DNA from: Terriglobia bacterium
Lineage (GTDB): Bacteria > Acidobacteriota > Terriglobia > Acidiferrales > UBA7541
Direction of reading: 5' to 3'
DNA: 64,000 bases
Assembly (NCBI GenBank): GCA_963695545.1
Contig: OY968796.1
Span: forward strand, 32,001 to 96,000
Shown piece after piece: positions 20,196 to 30,052 of the stretch. The number at the start of each line of letters is the position of its first letter. The stretch's first letter is position 1. Under the pieces are notes generated by a model. The model did not search any database, had not been told where the DNA came from, and saw only the letters and a list, made by a program, of their open reading frames with translations. Both the position numbers and the translations under genes were made by a program.

Positions 20196-21905
20196 ATGGG
20201 CGATCTAGACGCTAAGTCGCAGCCTCCAGATGCGGCGGTAATTCGCACCAAACTGTCCGGCTTCGATCTGCTGAACAATCCTCGCCTCAACAAAGGCACG
20301 GCGTTTTCGGAGGAAGAAAGAAATATCTTTGCCCTGCATGGCCTGCTGCCGCCGCATGTGGGAAATCTCGAGGACCAGCTCGAGCGCCGCAAGCAAGCTT
20401 TGGAAAATCAGCAGACCAACTTCGCTAAGTACGGCGTGATGCGCGACCTGCAGGACTCAAACGAAACTTTGTTCTATGCGCTGATCACCAAGAATATCGA
20501 AGCGCTGCTGCCGATCGTCTACACGCCGACGGTCGGCGAGGGCTGCCAGCGCTTTAGCGAAATCTGGCACAAGCCCCGAGGACTTTTTCTCAGCTATCCC
20601 AATCGCGGGCGCATCGCGCAGATCCTTTCCAACTCTCGATATGACCGCGTCCGCTGCATCGTGGTCAGCGACGGCGAGCGAATCCTCGGCCTCGGCGATC
20701 AAGGCGCCGGCGGCATGGGCATTCCCATCGGCAAAATGGCGCTCTACACCGCTCTCGGCAGCATTCACCCCGAGCAATGCCTGCCTGTGCTGCTCGACGT
20801 GGGCACCGATAATGAAAGCCGCCTCGGCGAACCAATCTACGTCGGATGGAAAAATAAGCGCGTGCGTGGCCAGGAGTACGACGACTTCGTCGACGCTTTC
20901 GTCTCCGCCGTGAAACACCGCTGGCCGCACGTCCTTCTGCAATGGGAAGATTTCGCCGGCGCGAATGCCGCGCGCCTGCTCGCGCGCTATCGCGACCAGC
21001 TCTGCACGTTCAACGACGATATCCAGGGAACCGCCGCCGTGGCCACCGCGACCGTCCTCGCGGCCGTCAACGTCACCGGAATTCCGCTAACGCGCCAAAA
21101 AATTGTTCTGCTCGGCTTTGGCTCCGCAGGAATCGGCATCGCGAACCTGCTGCTTGCGGCCATGAAAGACGCCGGCCTGAGCGACGACGAAGCGCGCAAC
21201 CTTTTCTATGCCATCGATCGCGATGGCTTGCTCGTCGAAGGCGCGAAGGATATTCGCCCCGACCAGCAAGCATTCGTGCGCAAGCGCGCGGACATTTCCG
21301 CGTGGAAACTCTCCGGCACAAACGAGATCGGTCTGCTTGACGTCGTGCGCAACGTCCAGCCCACCGTGCTCATCGGCGTGTCCGGCCAGCCCGGCGCGTT
21401 CAGCGAAGAAGCCATTCGTGAAATGGCCAAAAACGTCGATCGTCCCGCCATCTTCCCGCTATCCAACCCAACTTCGCGCAGCGAAGCCACCCCCGAGCAA
21501 ATCCTCGCGTGGACCAGCGGCCGCGCTCTCATCGGCACCGGCAGCCCGTTCCCGCCCGTGCAGCTCGACGGAAAAACATTCCGCACCGATCAGACCAACA
21601 ACTCCTATATTTTCCCCGGCCTCGCGTTGGGAATCATCGCATCCAAAGCACGCCGAGTATCCGACGCCATGATCATGACCGCCGCAAAAACTCTGGCCGA
21701 ATTGTCGCCCACTCGAAAAGATAAGACTGCGAGTCTTCTGCCCCCGATCTCGGAGTCTAGAAAGATTGCGTTGTTAGTAGCGGAGGGTGTCGCGCATCGC
21801 GCCATAAAAGATGGCCTCGCCGGCGTTCCCGATCACAAAGCATTCAAAGATGAGCTGAGCGCCACCGTCTGGGATCCCGTCTACGTCCCCTACGAACGGC
21901 TGTAG
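20196..21905 (+). CDS. maeA: NAD-dependent malic enzyme
   Basis: LNKGTAF, IVYTPTVG, SDGERILGLGDQG, QWEDF, FNDDIQGTA, FPLSNPT and QTNNSYIFPG. Confidence 0.95.
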   Translation: MGDLDAKSQPPDAAVIRTKLSGFDLLNNPRLNKGTAFSEEERNIFALHGLLPPHVGNLEDQLERRKQALENQQTNFAKYGVMRDLQDSNETLFYALITKNIEALLPIVYTPTVGEGCQRFSEIWHKPRGLFLSYPNRGRIAQILSNSRYDRVRCIVVSDGERILGLGDQGAGGMGIPIGKMALYTALGSIHPEQCLPVLLDVGTDNESRLGEPIYVGWKNKRVRGQEYDDFVDAFVSAVKHRWPHVLLQWEDFAGANAARLLARYRDQLCTFNDDIQGTAAVATATVLAAVNVTGIPLTRQKIVLLGFGSAGIGIANLLLAAMKDAGLSDDEARNLFYAIDRDGLLVEGAKDIRPDQQAFVRKRADISAWKLSGTNEIGLLDVVRNVQPTVLIGVSGQPGAFSEEAIREMAKNVDRPAIFPLSNPTSRSEATPEQILAWTSGRALIGTGSPFPPVQLDGKTFRTDQTNNSYIFPGLALGIIASKARRVSDAMIMTAAKTLAELSPTRKDKTASLLPPISESRKIALLVAEGVAHRAIKDGLAGVPDHKAFKDELSATVWDPVYVPYERL

Positions 21906-21959
21906 CAATCCGCGAGAATCAATCGCCAAGCCTGCCCCGGCCCTTGACGTCTGTACCTA

Positions 21960-21988
21960 TTGTAATTTAACGGACAACAGTATAGACT
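21960..21988 (+). promoter_or_regulatory. Putative sigma70 promoter of higBA (predicts a leaderless transcript)
   Basis: TTGTAA-17 nt-TAGACT. The GTG start lies 6 nt after the -10 element and there is no SD. Confidence 0.55.
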
Positions 21989-21994
21989 GATGCC

Positions 21995-22273
21995 GTGATT
22001 AAGTCGTTTCGCGCCAAGGATACGGAGAGTCTTCACAAGCGCGAATCTGTCAAGCGGTTCAGGAGCATCGAGCGCGTGGCGCTCCGAAAGTTGCGTCAGT
22101 TGGACGCGGCGAAACTCTTGACCGACCTGGCGTCGCCGCCCGGCAACCATCTCGAAGCGTTGAGGGGAGACCGAACAGGTCAGCACAGCATCCGCATCAA
22201 CCAGCAGTGGCGCATTTGCTTCACCTGGATCAACGGCGATGCGTTCAACGTCGAGATCGTGGATTATCACTAG
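21995..22273 (+). CDS. higB: HigB toxin (RelE/ParE superfamily, plasmid maintenance killer type)
   Basis: MIKSF...PPGNHLEALRGDRTGQHSIRINQQWRICF...VEIVDYH. Confidence 0.95.
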   Translation: MIKSFRAKDTESLHKRESVKRFRSIERVALRKLRQLDAAKLLTDLASPPGNHLEALRGDRTGQHSIRINQQWRICFTWINGDAFNVEIVDYH

Positions 22274-22283
22274 GGAGACAGCC

Positions 22284-22589
22284 ATGCCAAAGAAACTAAA
22301 ACCCGTGCATCCGGGCGAGATCTTGATGGAAGACTTTATGAAGCCTCACAAACTGAGCATGAACCGCCTCGCCCTCGACTTGCGCGTGCCGGTCACGCGC
22401 ATCGCGGACATCGTGGCCGCGCGCCGCGGGATATCCGCGGACACCGCGTTGCGCTTCGCCCGGTATTTCAAGACCACACCCGAGTTCTGGGTCAACTTGC
22501 AAACGCGCTATGACCTCGACGTCGCCGAGGATGAGAAACTCGCCGAAATCGAACGCGACGTGCGTCCGCTCGAAGCGGCGGCGCATTAG
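22284..22589 (+). CDS. higA: HigA antitoxin (XRE HTH)
   Basis: PVHPGEILMEDF...ISADTALRFARYF.TTPEFWVNLQ. GGGAG RBS before ATG 22284. Confidence 0.95.
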   Translation: MPKKLKPVHPGEILMEDFMKPHKLSMNRLALDLRVPVTRIADIVAARRGISADTALRFARYFKTTPEFWVNLQTRYDLDVAEDEKLAEIERDVRPLEAAAH

Positions 22590-22759
22590 AAACACAAGCC
22601 TGCGTTAGCAGGCCGTCCCGCCGCAGAATCGAGAGTCGCCCATCGTTTGCCCGCCAGATGGCACGCCGGCGAGGCGGTCCGTTTTCTAAAATCCCGGCGC
22701 GTCTTCCACAATTCGAATGAATTTCCACAGCGACTTATTCGAATACTCGATTTATAAAC

Positions 22760-22789
22760 TTGACCAGTCAGTTACCAACGTGCTATACT
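22760..22789 (+). promoter_or_regulatory. Putative sigma70 promoter about 420 nt upstream of PEPCK
   Basis: TTGACC-18 nt-TATACT with an extended -10 TG. Confidence 0.55.
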
Positions 22790-23212
22790 CCGCGCTTGAA
22801 TCGCAAACGCCCATCTTCGCCGCACACATCTCGACCGTCGCCAGCGATCGTGTGCCGCGCTCATCTGCAGGAAAGTGCCCCTCCAAGCCATTTATTTTCA
22901 GTTCTTTGCAAAAGAGTGCGCATTTCATTGAAACAACAAGATTTCAAGTACCTTTGTCTTCACACTCATCCGCACTCTTCTGCTGGAAGTCCTTTGTTTA
23001 CAGCTCTTTCGCAAAACATACCGGGGGTGTATATACTCTCGTTTTCCCGCCGGCCCCAAACGTCGTCTCCGGTTCGGTCCAGACTTGTCGCCCAGCGGCA
23101 CCGCGGCCGCGCGCCAATCCCCGGAACCCGCATGCCATCAATCCTTTACGGTGCGCCACCCCGGGCAAAACTTTTTCTTTGCAACGCTTCGCCAAATTTA
23201 GGAAACTGCTGA

Positions 23213-26200
23213 ATGGCTCAAACCGCCCATAGCCGGATTCCGGACGCGCCGCGCGAAAACAAACCCGCGCCAGTGGCTTCAACGTCCGAGGTTGTGCGCT
23301 ACATCGAGCTGAAACTCGCCGCGCTCGGCCAGCCCTCGAGCCTTTCCGCCGACAGCGATTTCCTCGATCTAGCGCGCCCTCTGCTTCGCAATTATCACCA
23401 GAAAGATTTGATGCTCGGCGAGCACCTCTGCCCCGCCGACCAGCGCATTCAGGCTTTTCTCGACGATTATCTCAGCGCGGAACGTCCGCGCGGAGCCGCG
23501 CGGCTGCCCAACAGTTCATTCGTTCTCGACCGGCCAGGCCTCGCGCGCGTAATGTCGCTGCCGCACGGCGGAGAACATTTTTCCTCGCCCTACCTTCAGT
23601 CCTATCGCGTGCCGCAAGGCATTCTGCACAATCCGAAAAGCGATCGCCGCACCACGCAGGGCATTTTTCACATTGTCGAAGGCGGCCTGCCCATTCCCGC
23701 CGACAAAATCGCCGTGCCCAGGAAAACTTTCGCTGCGCTGCTTGAAGCCGCGCTCAAACCGCCCGAAAGCGTGATGGTGCTTCCCTTCGCGGCAAATCAA
23801 ACCGAACAGGTTCGCTTGTTCGTTTCGCTGCTGCTGCGTCCGCTCGTTTGCCCGGCCACCGGACGCGATCCTGAAAAATCCATGGAGATCCGTTTCTTCG
23901 CGCCCGGCAGTCTGGTCAGCAATTTGGATTTCGTCGAAGGCATTTTCGGCAATGCCGGCGACCCCTACCTTCCCGAAAACGACGCCGCGCTCGACGTCAT
24001 GCACTGGACCGGAAACACCGGCTGCGTGATTCTCGCGCCGCATCTTGCCGGAATCCTCAAGAAAGACCTCGGCCTGCCGCACGAAAGCGACGCGACCGAG
24101 CGCCAGCGCCGCGACGGAATGTTCTGGCGCGATCCGCACGAGCCATATAACGGTGGCGGCGCGTTCAAGGTCGCCTGCCGCGATTCGCGCGGCGTGATGG
24201 TCACCATCATCGCCGACAATTATTACGGTTACTGCAAGAAGGAAGTTAAAACGCAGATCAGTTTCGCCGCCAATCTCTATGGCCTGGCCGAGGAAGAACA
24301 CGCCGGCGGCGCCATCGCCTTCGCAACCTATGTGCTCGGCCAAGACTTCCACGCCGGCCGCACCGTGAGCTTGAAAAAAGCCGCGTTCGCCGATGCCATG
24401 CGCTTGCTCGGACCGATGGTGGAACAAAAACCCGAAGGGTACGCCGTCGATCGCCGCTACCCAAACATCATCTATGTTCCCGAAGACGCGCGCTTCAGCG
24501 TGCTCGAAGGCACCATCCGCTGGGGCAGTGGCGGCGCCGAGCGCACTCTTCCCCTGCGGCGCGAAACCACCTACGTGCTTCCCTCCGGTTTTCGCGCGCG
24601 CATGGAAAAACAATCGAACGGCACTGCGTGGAGAATGGTCGGCGCGCGCCCGCGCGGCACGCTGTGCCACAAACCCTGCACGGTTTCCGGCGGCGGCAAA
24701 TCGGAAATCTCAAAGTCCATCGCCAACGTTATTCTCAACGGGCCGGTCTTCGTGCGCGATTATCGCCGCGACATGGATCAAGTCGCGGAAATCCTGGCGA
24801 CCGATTTCTCCAGCGCCTACAAAAACCGCGCGCCCGATGACCGCACCAGGCGCCCGATCTTGAGCCCCGAACGCACGCTCGGCTCCGTGATCCAATTGAT
24901 GACGCCTTCCTCCGAACACACCGACGAACACAATGCCTGGCTCGGCGCGCTGCCGCAAACCATTCGCCAGCTCGTTTACACCGTGAAGCGCTACTACCTC
25001 CCCGAATGGGGCGGCGATTGGCGCAAACATTTCTCGGTCGATCGCGTCAACGGCTTTTGGGGCCACGAATTGAAATTCGATAATCAGCGCCTGGTCAGCA
25101 ATTATCTGCGCGTCGGTTTTGACGAGGACGGCTCCTGGCGCATTTACAAATTGCGCCCCGATTTTTATCCCGCCGACAAAGTGCAGGTCGAAGACGACAT
25201 CACTGCGTCGGTCGTCCTCCCGCGCGAGAGCCTGAACGATCTGGTGAAGGAATCGCCGAATCCCAGCGTCAAGCTGGTGAAAAATTGCGAGACCCTTCTC
25301 TTCCAGCGCCCCGACGACGCCATCCTCCGCGGCGCCGACCGCCAGGCCGAAGCCGATATCGCAAGCGCGGGCACGTTTCTCTCAAACTACGAGCCATTTG
25401 AAATCGAGCAGGCCGCACGCATCGCGAGCCACGTCGCCGAATTCGATAAATACACCGAGCCCATGAAGCATCTGCTCGAGGATTTCGTCGCCGCCGGCGC
25501 GGCGTCTTACATCGTTTCCTCGGCGCATCCGCGCATGGTCAACGGCAAACCTTCCAAGAATCCGCGCTATCTGCAAAAGCGTCCCGATCTTGAAAGCCCG
25601 CGCGAAACCTATCTCGCCGAAATCGCCGCGCGCCTCGAACGCGAAATTCCCGCGGATCGCCCCGTGCATTTTCCCGTCAATGCCGTGCTCGCCGGGCGCC
25701 GCAACAATCCTCCCGATCCCGAAATCGATCTTCCGCCGCTCGCGGTCTACAACCCGATCCATTATCAGGAGCTTCCCGAACTGTTCATGGAGTTCATCTC
25801 CAGCCTCACCGGCAAATCGCCGTCAACCACCGGCTTCGGCAGCGAGGGCGCGCTCACCAAGAGTCCTTTCAACGCGCTCTGGCCCGTGGTGGATTTGAAC
25901 AACGCGCTCGTCGATTACATCCTCACGCAATACGCGGGTTTCACCACTTCGGCCGGCTACGTCGGCCCGCGCGTCCGGGTGGATCACGACGTCAGCATGC
26001 TCGTCCCCGAAATTTGGTGCCGCATGCGCGTGCACGAGCGCGACCCGAAATTCCTAATTGAGAATGGATTGCTCGAACGCGTCGAGGATTTCGAGTTCGC
26101 CGATCGCAAAATCCTGGCCAGCCGCTTGGGTTACCGCATCACTGCTTTGTTCGTGGATCGCTATCTCGGCCGCATTTTTGAAACACCCGATGCCGTCTTC

Positions 26201-26683
26201 ACCGAAGAAATTCTCCGGCCCGAAAAGCAAGGCGTAGATTTGTTCGCCGCCGGAGTGGACGCGATCGTCGAAGCGCAGCAGCGCGTCGCCCTCAATTATT
26301 TCCAGGACGGCAGCGTCGAAGCCGCCTGCCCTCCTCTGAAAGCGCTGCTGCACATCATGGCCCGCGGGAATTACGAAGGGATGGATTTGAGCACGCCGGC
26401 CTTCCGCGCGCTTTTCGATCGCGATGCTCTGCTCGCGAGCGATTGGTATCGCGAGCGCCTCGGCGTGAAACAACGGCGCGATATCGCGCTTTGGAATCGC
26501 CACGTGGCCGCGCTTGAGACATTTCGCCGCGCCGCCGCGACCACAACACATCACGAATTCAGCGTCGAAGAGCGCCTGCAATTCGCGCGCGCCGAACTCG
26601 CCCGCGTCACCTCGCCCGCTTATCTCACCGAATTGCGCGGCACCATCGGCGCCGACCCGTTCCACCTGCAAATCCCGGGCTGA
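23213..26683 (+). CDS. Pyrophosphate-dependent phosphoenolpyruvate carboxykinase (PPi-PEPCK, EC 4.1.1.38 type)
   Basis: 1156 aa. Motifs HNPKSDRRTTQG, ADNYYGYCKKEVKTQIS, EEEHAGGA, CHKPCTVSGGGKSEISKS and GKSPSTTG.GSEGALTK match the PPi-PEPCK family. Confidence 0.85.
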   Translation: MAQTAHSRIPDAPRENKPAPVASTSEVVRYIELKLAALGQPSSLSADSDFLDLARPLLRNYHQKDLMLGEHLCPADQRIQAFLDDYLSAERPRGAARLPNSSFVLDRPGLARVMSLPHGGEHFSSPYLQSYRVPQGILHNPKSDRRTTQGIFHIVEGGLPIPADKIAVPRKTFAALLEAALKPPESVMVLPFAANQTEQVRLFVSLLLRPLVCPATGRDPEKSMEIRFFAPGSLVSNLDFVEGIFGNAGDPYLPENDAALDVMHWTGNTGCVILAPHLAGILKKDLGLPHESDATERQRRDGMFWRDPHEPYNGGGAFKVACRDSRGVMVTIIADNYYGYCKKEVKTQISFAANLYGLAEEEHAGGAIAFATYVLGQDFHAGRTVSLKKAAFADAMRLLGPMVEQKPEGYAVDRRYPNIIYVPEDARFSVLEGTIRWGSGGAERTLPLRRETTYVLPSGFRARMEKQSNGTAWRMVGARPRGTLCHKPCTVSGGGKSEISKSIANVILNGPVFVRDYRRDMDQVAEILATDFSSAYKNRAPDDRTRRPILSPERTLGSVIQLMTPSSEHTDEHNAWLGALPQTIRQLVYTVKRYYLPEWGGDWRKHFSVDRVNGFWGHELKFDNQRLVSNYLRVGFDEDGSWRIYKLRPDFYPADKVQVEDDITASVVLPRESLNDLVKESPNPSVKLVKNCETLLFQRPDDAILRGADRQAEADIASAGTFLSNYEPFEIEQAARIASHVAEFDKYTEPMKHLLEDFVAAGAASYIVSSAHPRMVNGKPSKNPRYLQKRPDLESPRETYLAEIAARLEREIPADRPVHFPVNAVLAGRRNNPPDPEIDLPPLAVYNPIHYQELPELFMEFISSLTGKSPSTTGFGSEGALTKSPFNALWPVVDLNNALVDYILTQYAGFTTSAGYVGPRVRVDHDVSMLVPEIWCRMRVHERDPKFLIENGLLERVEDFEFADRKILASRLGYRITALFVDRYLGRIFETPDAVFTEEILRPEKQGVDLFAAGVDAIVEAQQRVALNYFQDGSVEAACPPLKALLHIMARGNYEGMDLSTPAFRALFDRDALLASDWYRERLGVKQRRDIALWNRHVAALETFRRAAATTTHHEFSVEERLQFARAELARVTSPAYLTELRGTIGADPFHLQIPG

Positions 26684-26712
26684 TCATGTCCGCGCGCCGC
26701 TCCGCCGTCACG

Positions 26713-26871
26713 CTACAAGCGGCCTCGCAGCAAGAAAAACAAAATGATCAGAATGATCACGCTCACGCCGCCGATCGGATAGTAGCCCCAATTCTTGCTG
26801 TGCGGCCAAATCGGGAGCGCGCCGATAGCCGCGATGATCACCGCTATCGTCAACATAAACATCAGTCCCAT
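26713..26871 (-). CDS. DUF3309-family small membrane protein (52 aa, not in ORF track)
   Basis: MGLMFMLTIAVIIAAIGALPIWPHSKNWGYYPIGGVSVIILIILFFLLRGRL with a GAGG RBS. GALP.W.HS..WGY.P.GG is the family motif. Confidence 0.85.
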   Translation of the reverse strand: MGLMFMLTIAVIIAAIGALPIWPHSKNWGYYPIGGVSVIILIILFFLLRGRL

Positions 26872-26929
26872 ATTTGTTTTCCTCGTGTTTCGCGCGCGTC
26901 GCAGCCGATTGTTCGGCGCGAGCGCGAAA

Positions 26930-27328
26930 TCAATCCGTCCTCGCGGTGGGAAGCAACGCCACCAGAGTGTAAATCCCCAGAGTTGTGCCCAGCGGAATAT
27001 TCGAGAGCGACAAAACTCCCGCGATCAGCGCGAGCATTCGCGCCGAACGCCCGCCATTCAGAAGCGCCAATCCGGCCATGATCCCCACCACGCCGCACAC
27101 CACCGCCAGCGCGATCGCTCCCAGATACACAATATGAAAAATATCCATCAGCGTGAACGGATCAGCCACGCGGCTCAGCAGCGCGCCGAACATCATCGTC
27201 GCCGTGCCGGCATAGACGAACATCCCGACCGCCGCGATCAAGCGCAACAGTCCGTAAAATATCCAAACGATTCCCAAGCTCCGGAATCGTCCACTCGTGT
27301 TCCCGCCAGCGAAACCATTCGGTGTCAT
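26930..27328 (-). CDS. Hypothetical membrane protein
   Basis: 132 aa with 3-4 hydrophobic segments and a C-terminal IPLGTTLGIYTL motif. Confidence 0.7.
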   Translation of the reverse strand: MTPNGFAGGNTSGRFRSLGIVWIFYGLLRLIAAVGMFVYAGTATMMFGALLSRVADPFTLMDIFHIVYLGAIALAVVCGVVGIMAGLALLNGGRSARMLALIAGVLSLSNIPLGTTLGIYTLVALLPTARTD

Positions 27329-27442
27329 CGTCGGCCTCTTCGGAGTGCCTCTGCCTCCTTAGATGCCGGTTCATGCCCCATTCGTGACCGAGCGCATTCA
27401 CAATCTTCCAATAGCGCGATCGCGAGTTTCGCGATGAGTTCG

Positions 27443-29881
27443 CTATTCGTAGCGCAGCGCGACCATCGGATCCACGCGCGTCGCTCTCCGCGCCGGAAAA
27501 TAACACGCCGCGCAGCCCACCACGAGCAACACCGCCGTCACCCCTCCGAGCGTCACCGGATCGTGTGGCGAAACATTCCACAATTGGCTGGCGATCGCGC
27601 GCGTCGCGCCCCAGCTCGCCAGCAATCCCACGCCCACGCCCAAAGCGACGAGCTGCAGCCCCATCCACATCACCATGCGCAGCACGTTCGCGCGCCCCGC
27701 GCCCAGCGCCATGCGAATCCCAATTTCGTGCGTCTGCCTCGAAACCGTGTAAGCCGTCACGCTGTAAACCCCCAGCGCAACCAGCACGAGCCCCACGCCC
27801 GCAAAAATTCCCAGCAAGGTCAGACTGAATCGCGGCCCCGAATACGAAAACTGCTTGAGGTAATCCGTCAGGCTCCCCGTCAGCGTCAGCGCCACGTTGC
27901 GATCCACCGCCCAAATTTGATCTCGCACCGGATTCAGCAAAAGCATCGGGTCGCGCGACGTCCTCACCAGAATTCCGCGTTCGTACGCACCGGTTATGGT
28001 GTACGGAATAAAAATCTCGGGCCTGATAGGATCTTGGATCCCGGAATCTTTTTCATCCGCGGTGACGCCGACAATCTCGAACGTCGGATCAACAACGGGA
28101 TCCGGCTTCAGCGTGGCCAGCTCGTTGATTATAATTTCGCGGCCGATGGGATCATCGGTTCCGAAATATTTCGTCACCAAGGTTTGATTCACCACGGCCA
28201 CTTTGCGCGCGTCATTCACGTCCACGTTGGAAAGCAATCGCCCGCGCATCAACCGCAAGCCCAGCGTGGGGAAATATCCTTCGCTGCAAACTTGAAATAT
28301 CGCGCGCCAATCGTCGGTATGAACCTTGCCCGGAATGTCGACGGTGGTTCCAATGCCGCCGTACGGCGGCAACGTGCTCGTTTCCGTGGCCGCCACCACG
28401 CCCGGCAGCGCGTACAGCCGCGCCAACAACGCGCTGAAAAATTGCTGCTTTTCCGCCGCCGTCGTGTACTGGCCCTTCGGAAACGGCAGGCGCGCCACCA
28501 AAATATTTGTCGGATCGAAGCCAAGATCCGCATCGGCAAGCTTTACGAATGTGTGCATCATCACGCCGGCGCCGGCGAGCAGAACCAGCGACAGCGCGAC
28601 CTCAACCACAACCAGGACGCTGCGCAATTTTCCACGCCGGAATCCGCCGCTGACGCCCCGCCCAGAATCTTTCAACGGTTCGACAATGTCGCGTTTCGCC
28701 GCCTGCAGCGCGGGCACCAGGCCGAACGGCATCGCCGTAGCCACCGCGATGCCCAGCGTGAAGAGCAGCACCGGCACATTCAGGCCAATCACGCTTTCGT
28801 GAGGAATCGCGCCGTCGGGAATCGCCCTCACAATTCCTTTGATTCCGCCATATGCGAACAGGCACCCAACCGCCGCGCCGCCAAGCGCCAACAGAAAACT
28901 TTCGATCAGCAATTGGCGGATAATTCTCCATCGGCTCGCGCCCATCGCCGCGCGAATCGCGATTTCCTTTTCGCGCGCGGTGGCTTGCGCCAGCAACATG
29001 TTCGCGACGTTGCTGCATGCGATCAACAGCAGCAGACCCACAGCCGCGGCCAGCGCATACAGCGTGCCGCGAAAGTCTCCGACCACGCTGTCCGCCAGCG
29101 GGATGATGTGCACGCTGAATTGCTTGGGATAATTTTTCGGATACACTTGCGTGAGGCGCAGCGCGATTCCATTCAGTTCCGCTTCCGCTTGGCGCGGAGT
29201 GACGCCCGGTTTCAAAAGTCCCTGAAAGTTGAAGTACAGGTTCGCCAGTTGCGGATCGGCGCGGTCCATCGCCACCGGCCTCCACAAATCCGTGCCCAGC
29301 TTCGTGAAGCGCGGCGGCATGATCCCCACCAGCGTCGTTGGCACTTCGTTCAGCACGAAACTTCGGCCGACGATCGACGGATCTTGGCCAAAAAACTTCA
29401 CCCACATTTTGTAGCTCATGGCGAAAACCGGTGTCGCGCCCGGCTTCACGTCGTCGGGCGTGGGATTGCGTCCGATCATCGCCGGCACACCCAGAAAGTC
29501 GAACGTGTTTGGAGTTACCACGCCGCCGTCGAATTGCTGCGTGCCTGCCGCGGAAGTGTAAAGGACATCCTCATTCGCGCCGCCGATCTCTTCCTGAAAT
29601 GAATGGGTCTGCTCGGCGTAGTCGATGAACTCAGGACCTTGAAAATAACGGCGGCTGTCATTGACGTGGGTATCGCTCGTGTCGTGGATCCCCAACGCGA
29701 CGATCTGGTTGCCGTGCTTGTAAGGAAAGGGATTCAGCAGAACGTTGTCGATAACGCTGAACATCGCGGTGGACGCGCCGATACCGATGCCCAGCGTAAC
29801 GATGGCAATCGCCGTGAATCCGCGCTTCTTCAGCAGCATCCGCGCGGCGTAGCGGAAATCCTTCGCCAGTCCTTCGAGCAC
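27443..29881 (-). CDS. ADOP-type duplicated ABC permease (Acidobacterial duplicated orphan permease)
   Basis: DFRYAARML...GFTAIA, two MacB/FtsX halves (LLIACSNVANMLL, EIGIRMALGA) and DPMVALRYE. No adjacent ATPase gene. Confidence 0.92.
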   Translation of the reverse strand: MLEGLAKDFRYAARMLLKKRGFTAIAIVTLGIGIGASTAMFSVIDNVLLNPFPYKHGNQIVALGIHDTSDTHVNDSRRYFQGPEFIDYAEQTHSFQEEIGGANEDVLYTSAAGTQQFDGGVVTPNTFDFLGVPAMIGRNPTPDDVKPGATPVFAMSYKMWVKFFGQDPSIVGRSFVLNEVPTTLVGIMPPRFTKLGTDLWRPVAMDRADPQLANLYFNFQGLLKPGVTPRQAEAELNGIALRLTQVYPKNYPKQFSVHIIPLADSVVGDFRGTLYALAAAVGLLLLIACSNVANMLLAQATAREKEIAIRAAMGASRWRIIRQLLIESFLLALGGAAVGCLFAYGGIKGIVRAIPDGAIPHESVIGLNVPVLLFTLGIAVATAMPFGLVPALQAAKRDIVEPLKDSGRGVSGGFRRGKLRSVLVVVEVALSLVLLAGAGVMMHTFVKLADADLGFDPTNILVARLPFPKGQYTTAAEKQQFFSALLARLYALPGVVAATETSTLPPYGGIGTTVDIPGKVHTDDWRAIFQVCSEGYFPTLGLRLMRGRLLSNVDVNDARKVAVVNQTLVTKYFGTDDPIGREIIINELATLKPDPVVDPTFEIVGVTADEKDSGIQDPIRPEIFIPYTITGAYERGILVRTSRDPMLLLNPVRDQIWAVDRNVALTLTGSLTDYLKQFSYSGPRFSLTLLGIFAGVGLVLVALGVYSVTAYTVSRQTHEIGIRMALGAGRANVLRMVMWMGLQLVALGVGVGLLASWGATRAIASQLWNVSPHDPVTLGGVTAVLLVVGCAACYFPARRATRVDPMVALRYE

Positions 29882-30052
29882 GAAGCCCCCTTTTGGTTGG
29901 TCTTAGCTAGAGACGCCAAGTGCGCAGAGAATGTTCCCTCGCGCTGTCGATTCCTGGTCCGCTGATGCCTGTCTTGGTGCGGCGTACGCCTACGTGAGTT
30001 TCGTGTGAGTTAGACGCGGCGTGAAAGAAATTGGCTTGCTGCCAACCGCGGA

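Noticed and set aside
16917..22600. Genomic island integrated at tRNA-His
   Set aside because: There is no integrase, and I found no duplicated tRNA 3' end in the window. The downstream genes look native.
22717..23232. 171-aa and 150-aa ORFs in the higA-PEPCK intergenic region
   Set aside because: Atypical composition, no motifs and no RBS. They are better explained by the repeat or structured element.
26795..29602. 935-aa plus-strand ORF and other long antisense ORFs (e.g. 45000-46751, 10859-12091, 12386-13675)
   Set aside because: These are shadow ORFs opposite well-supported genes, with Arg/His-rich, motif-free translations typical of high-GC DNA.
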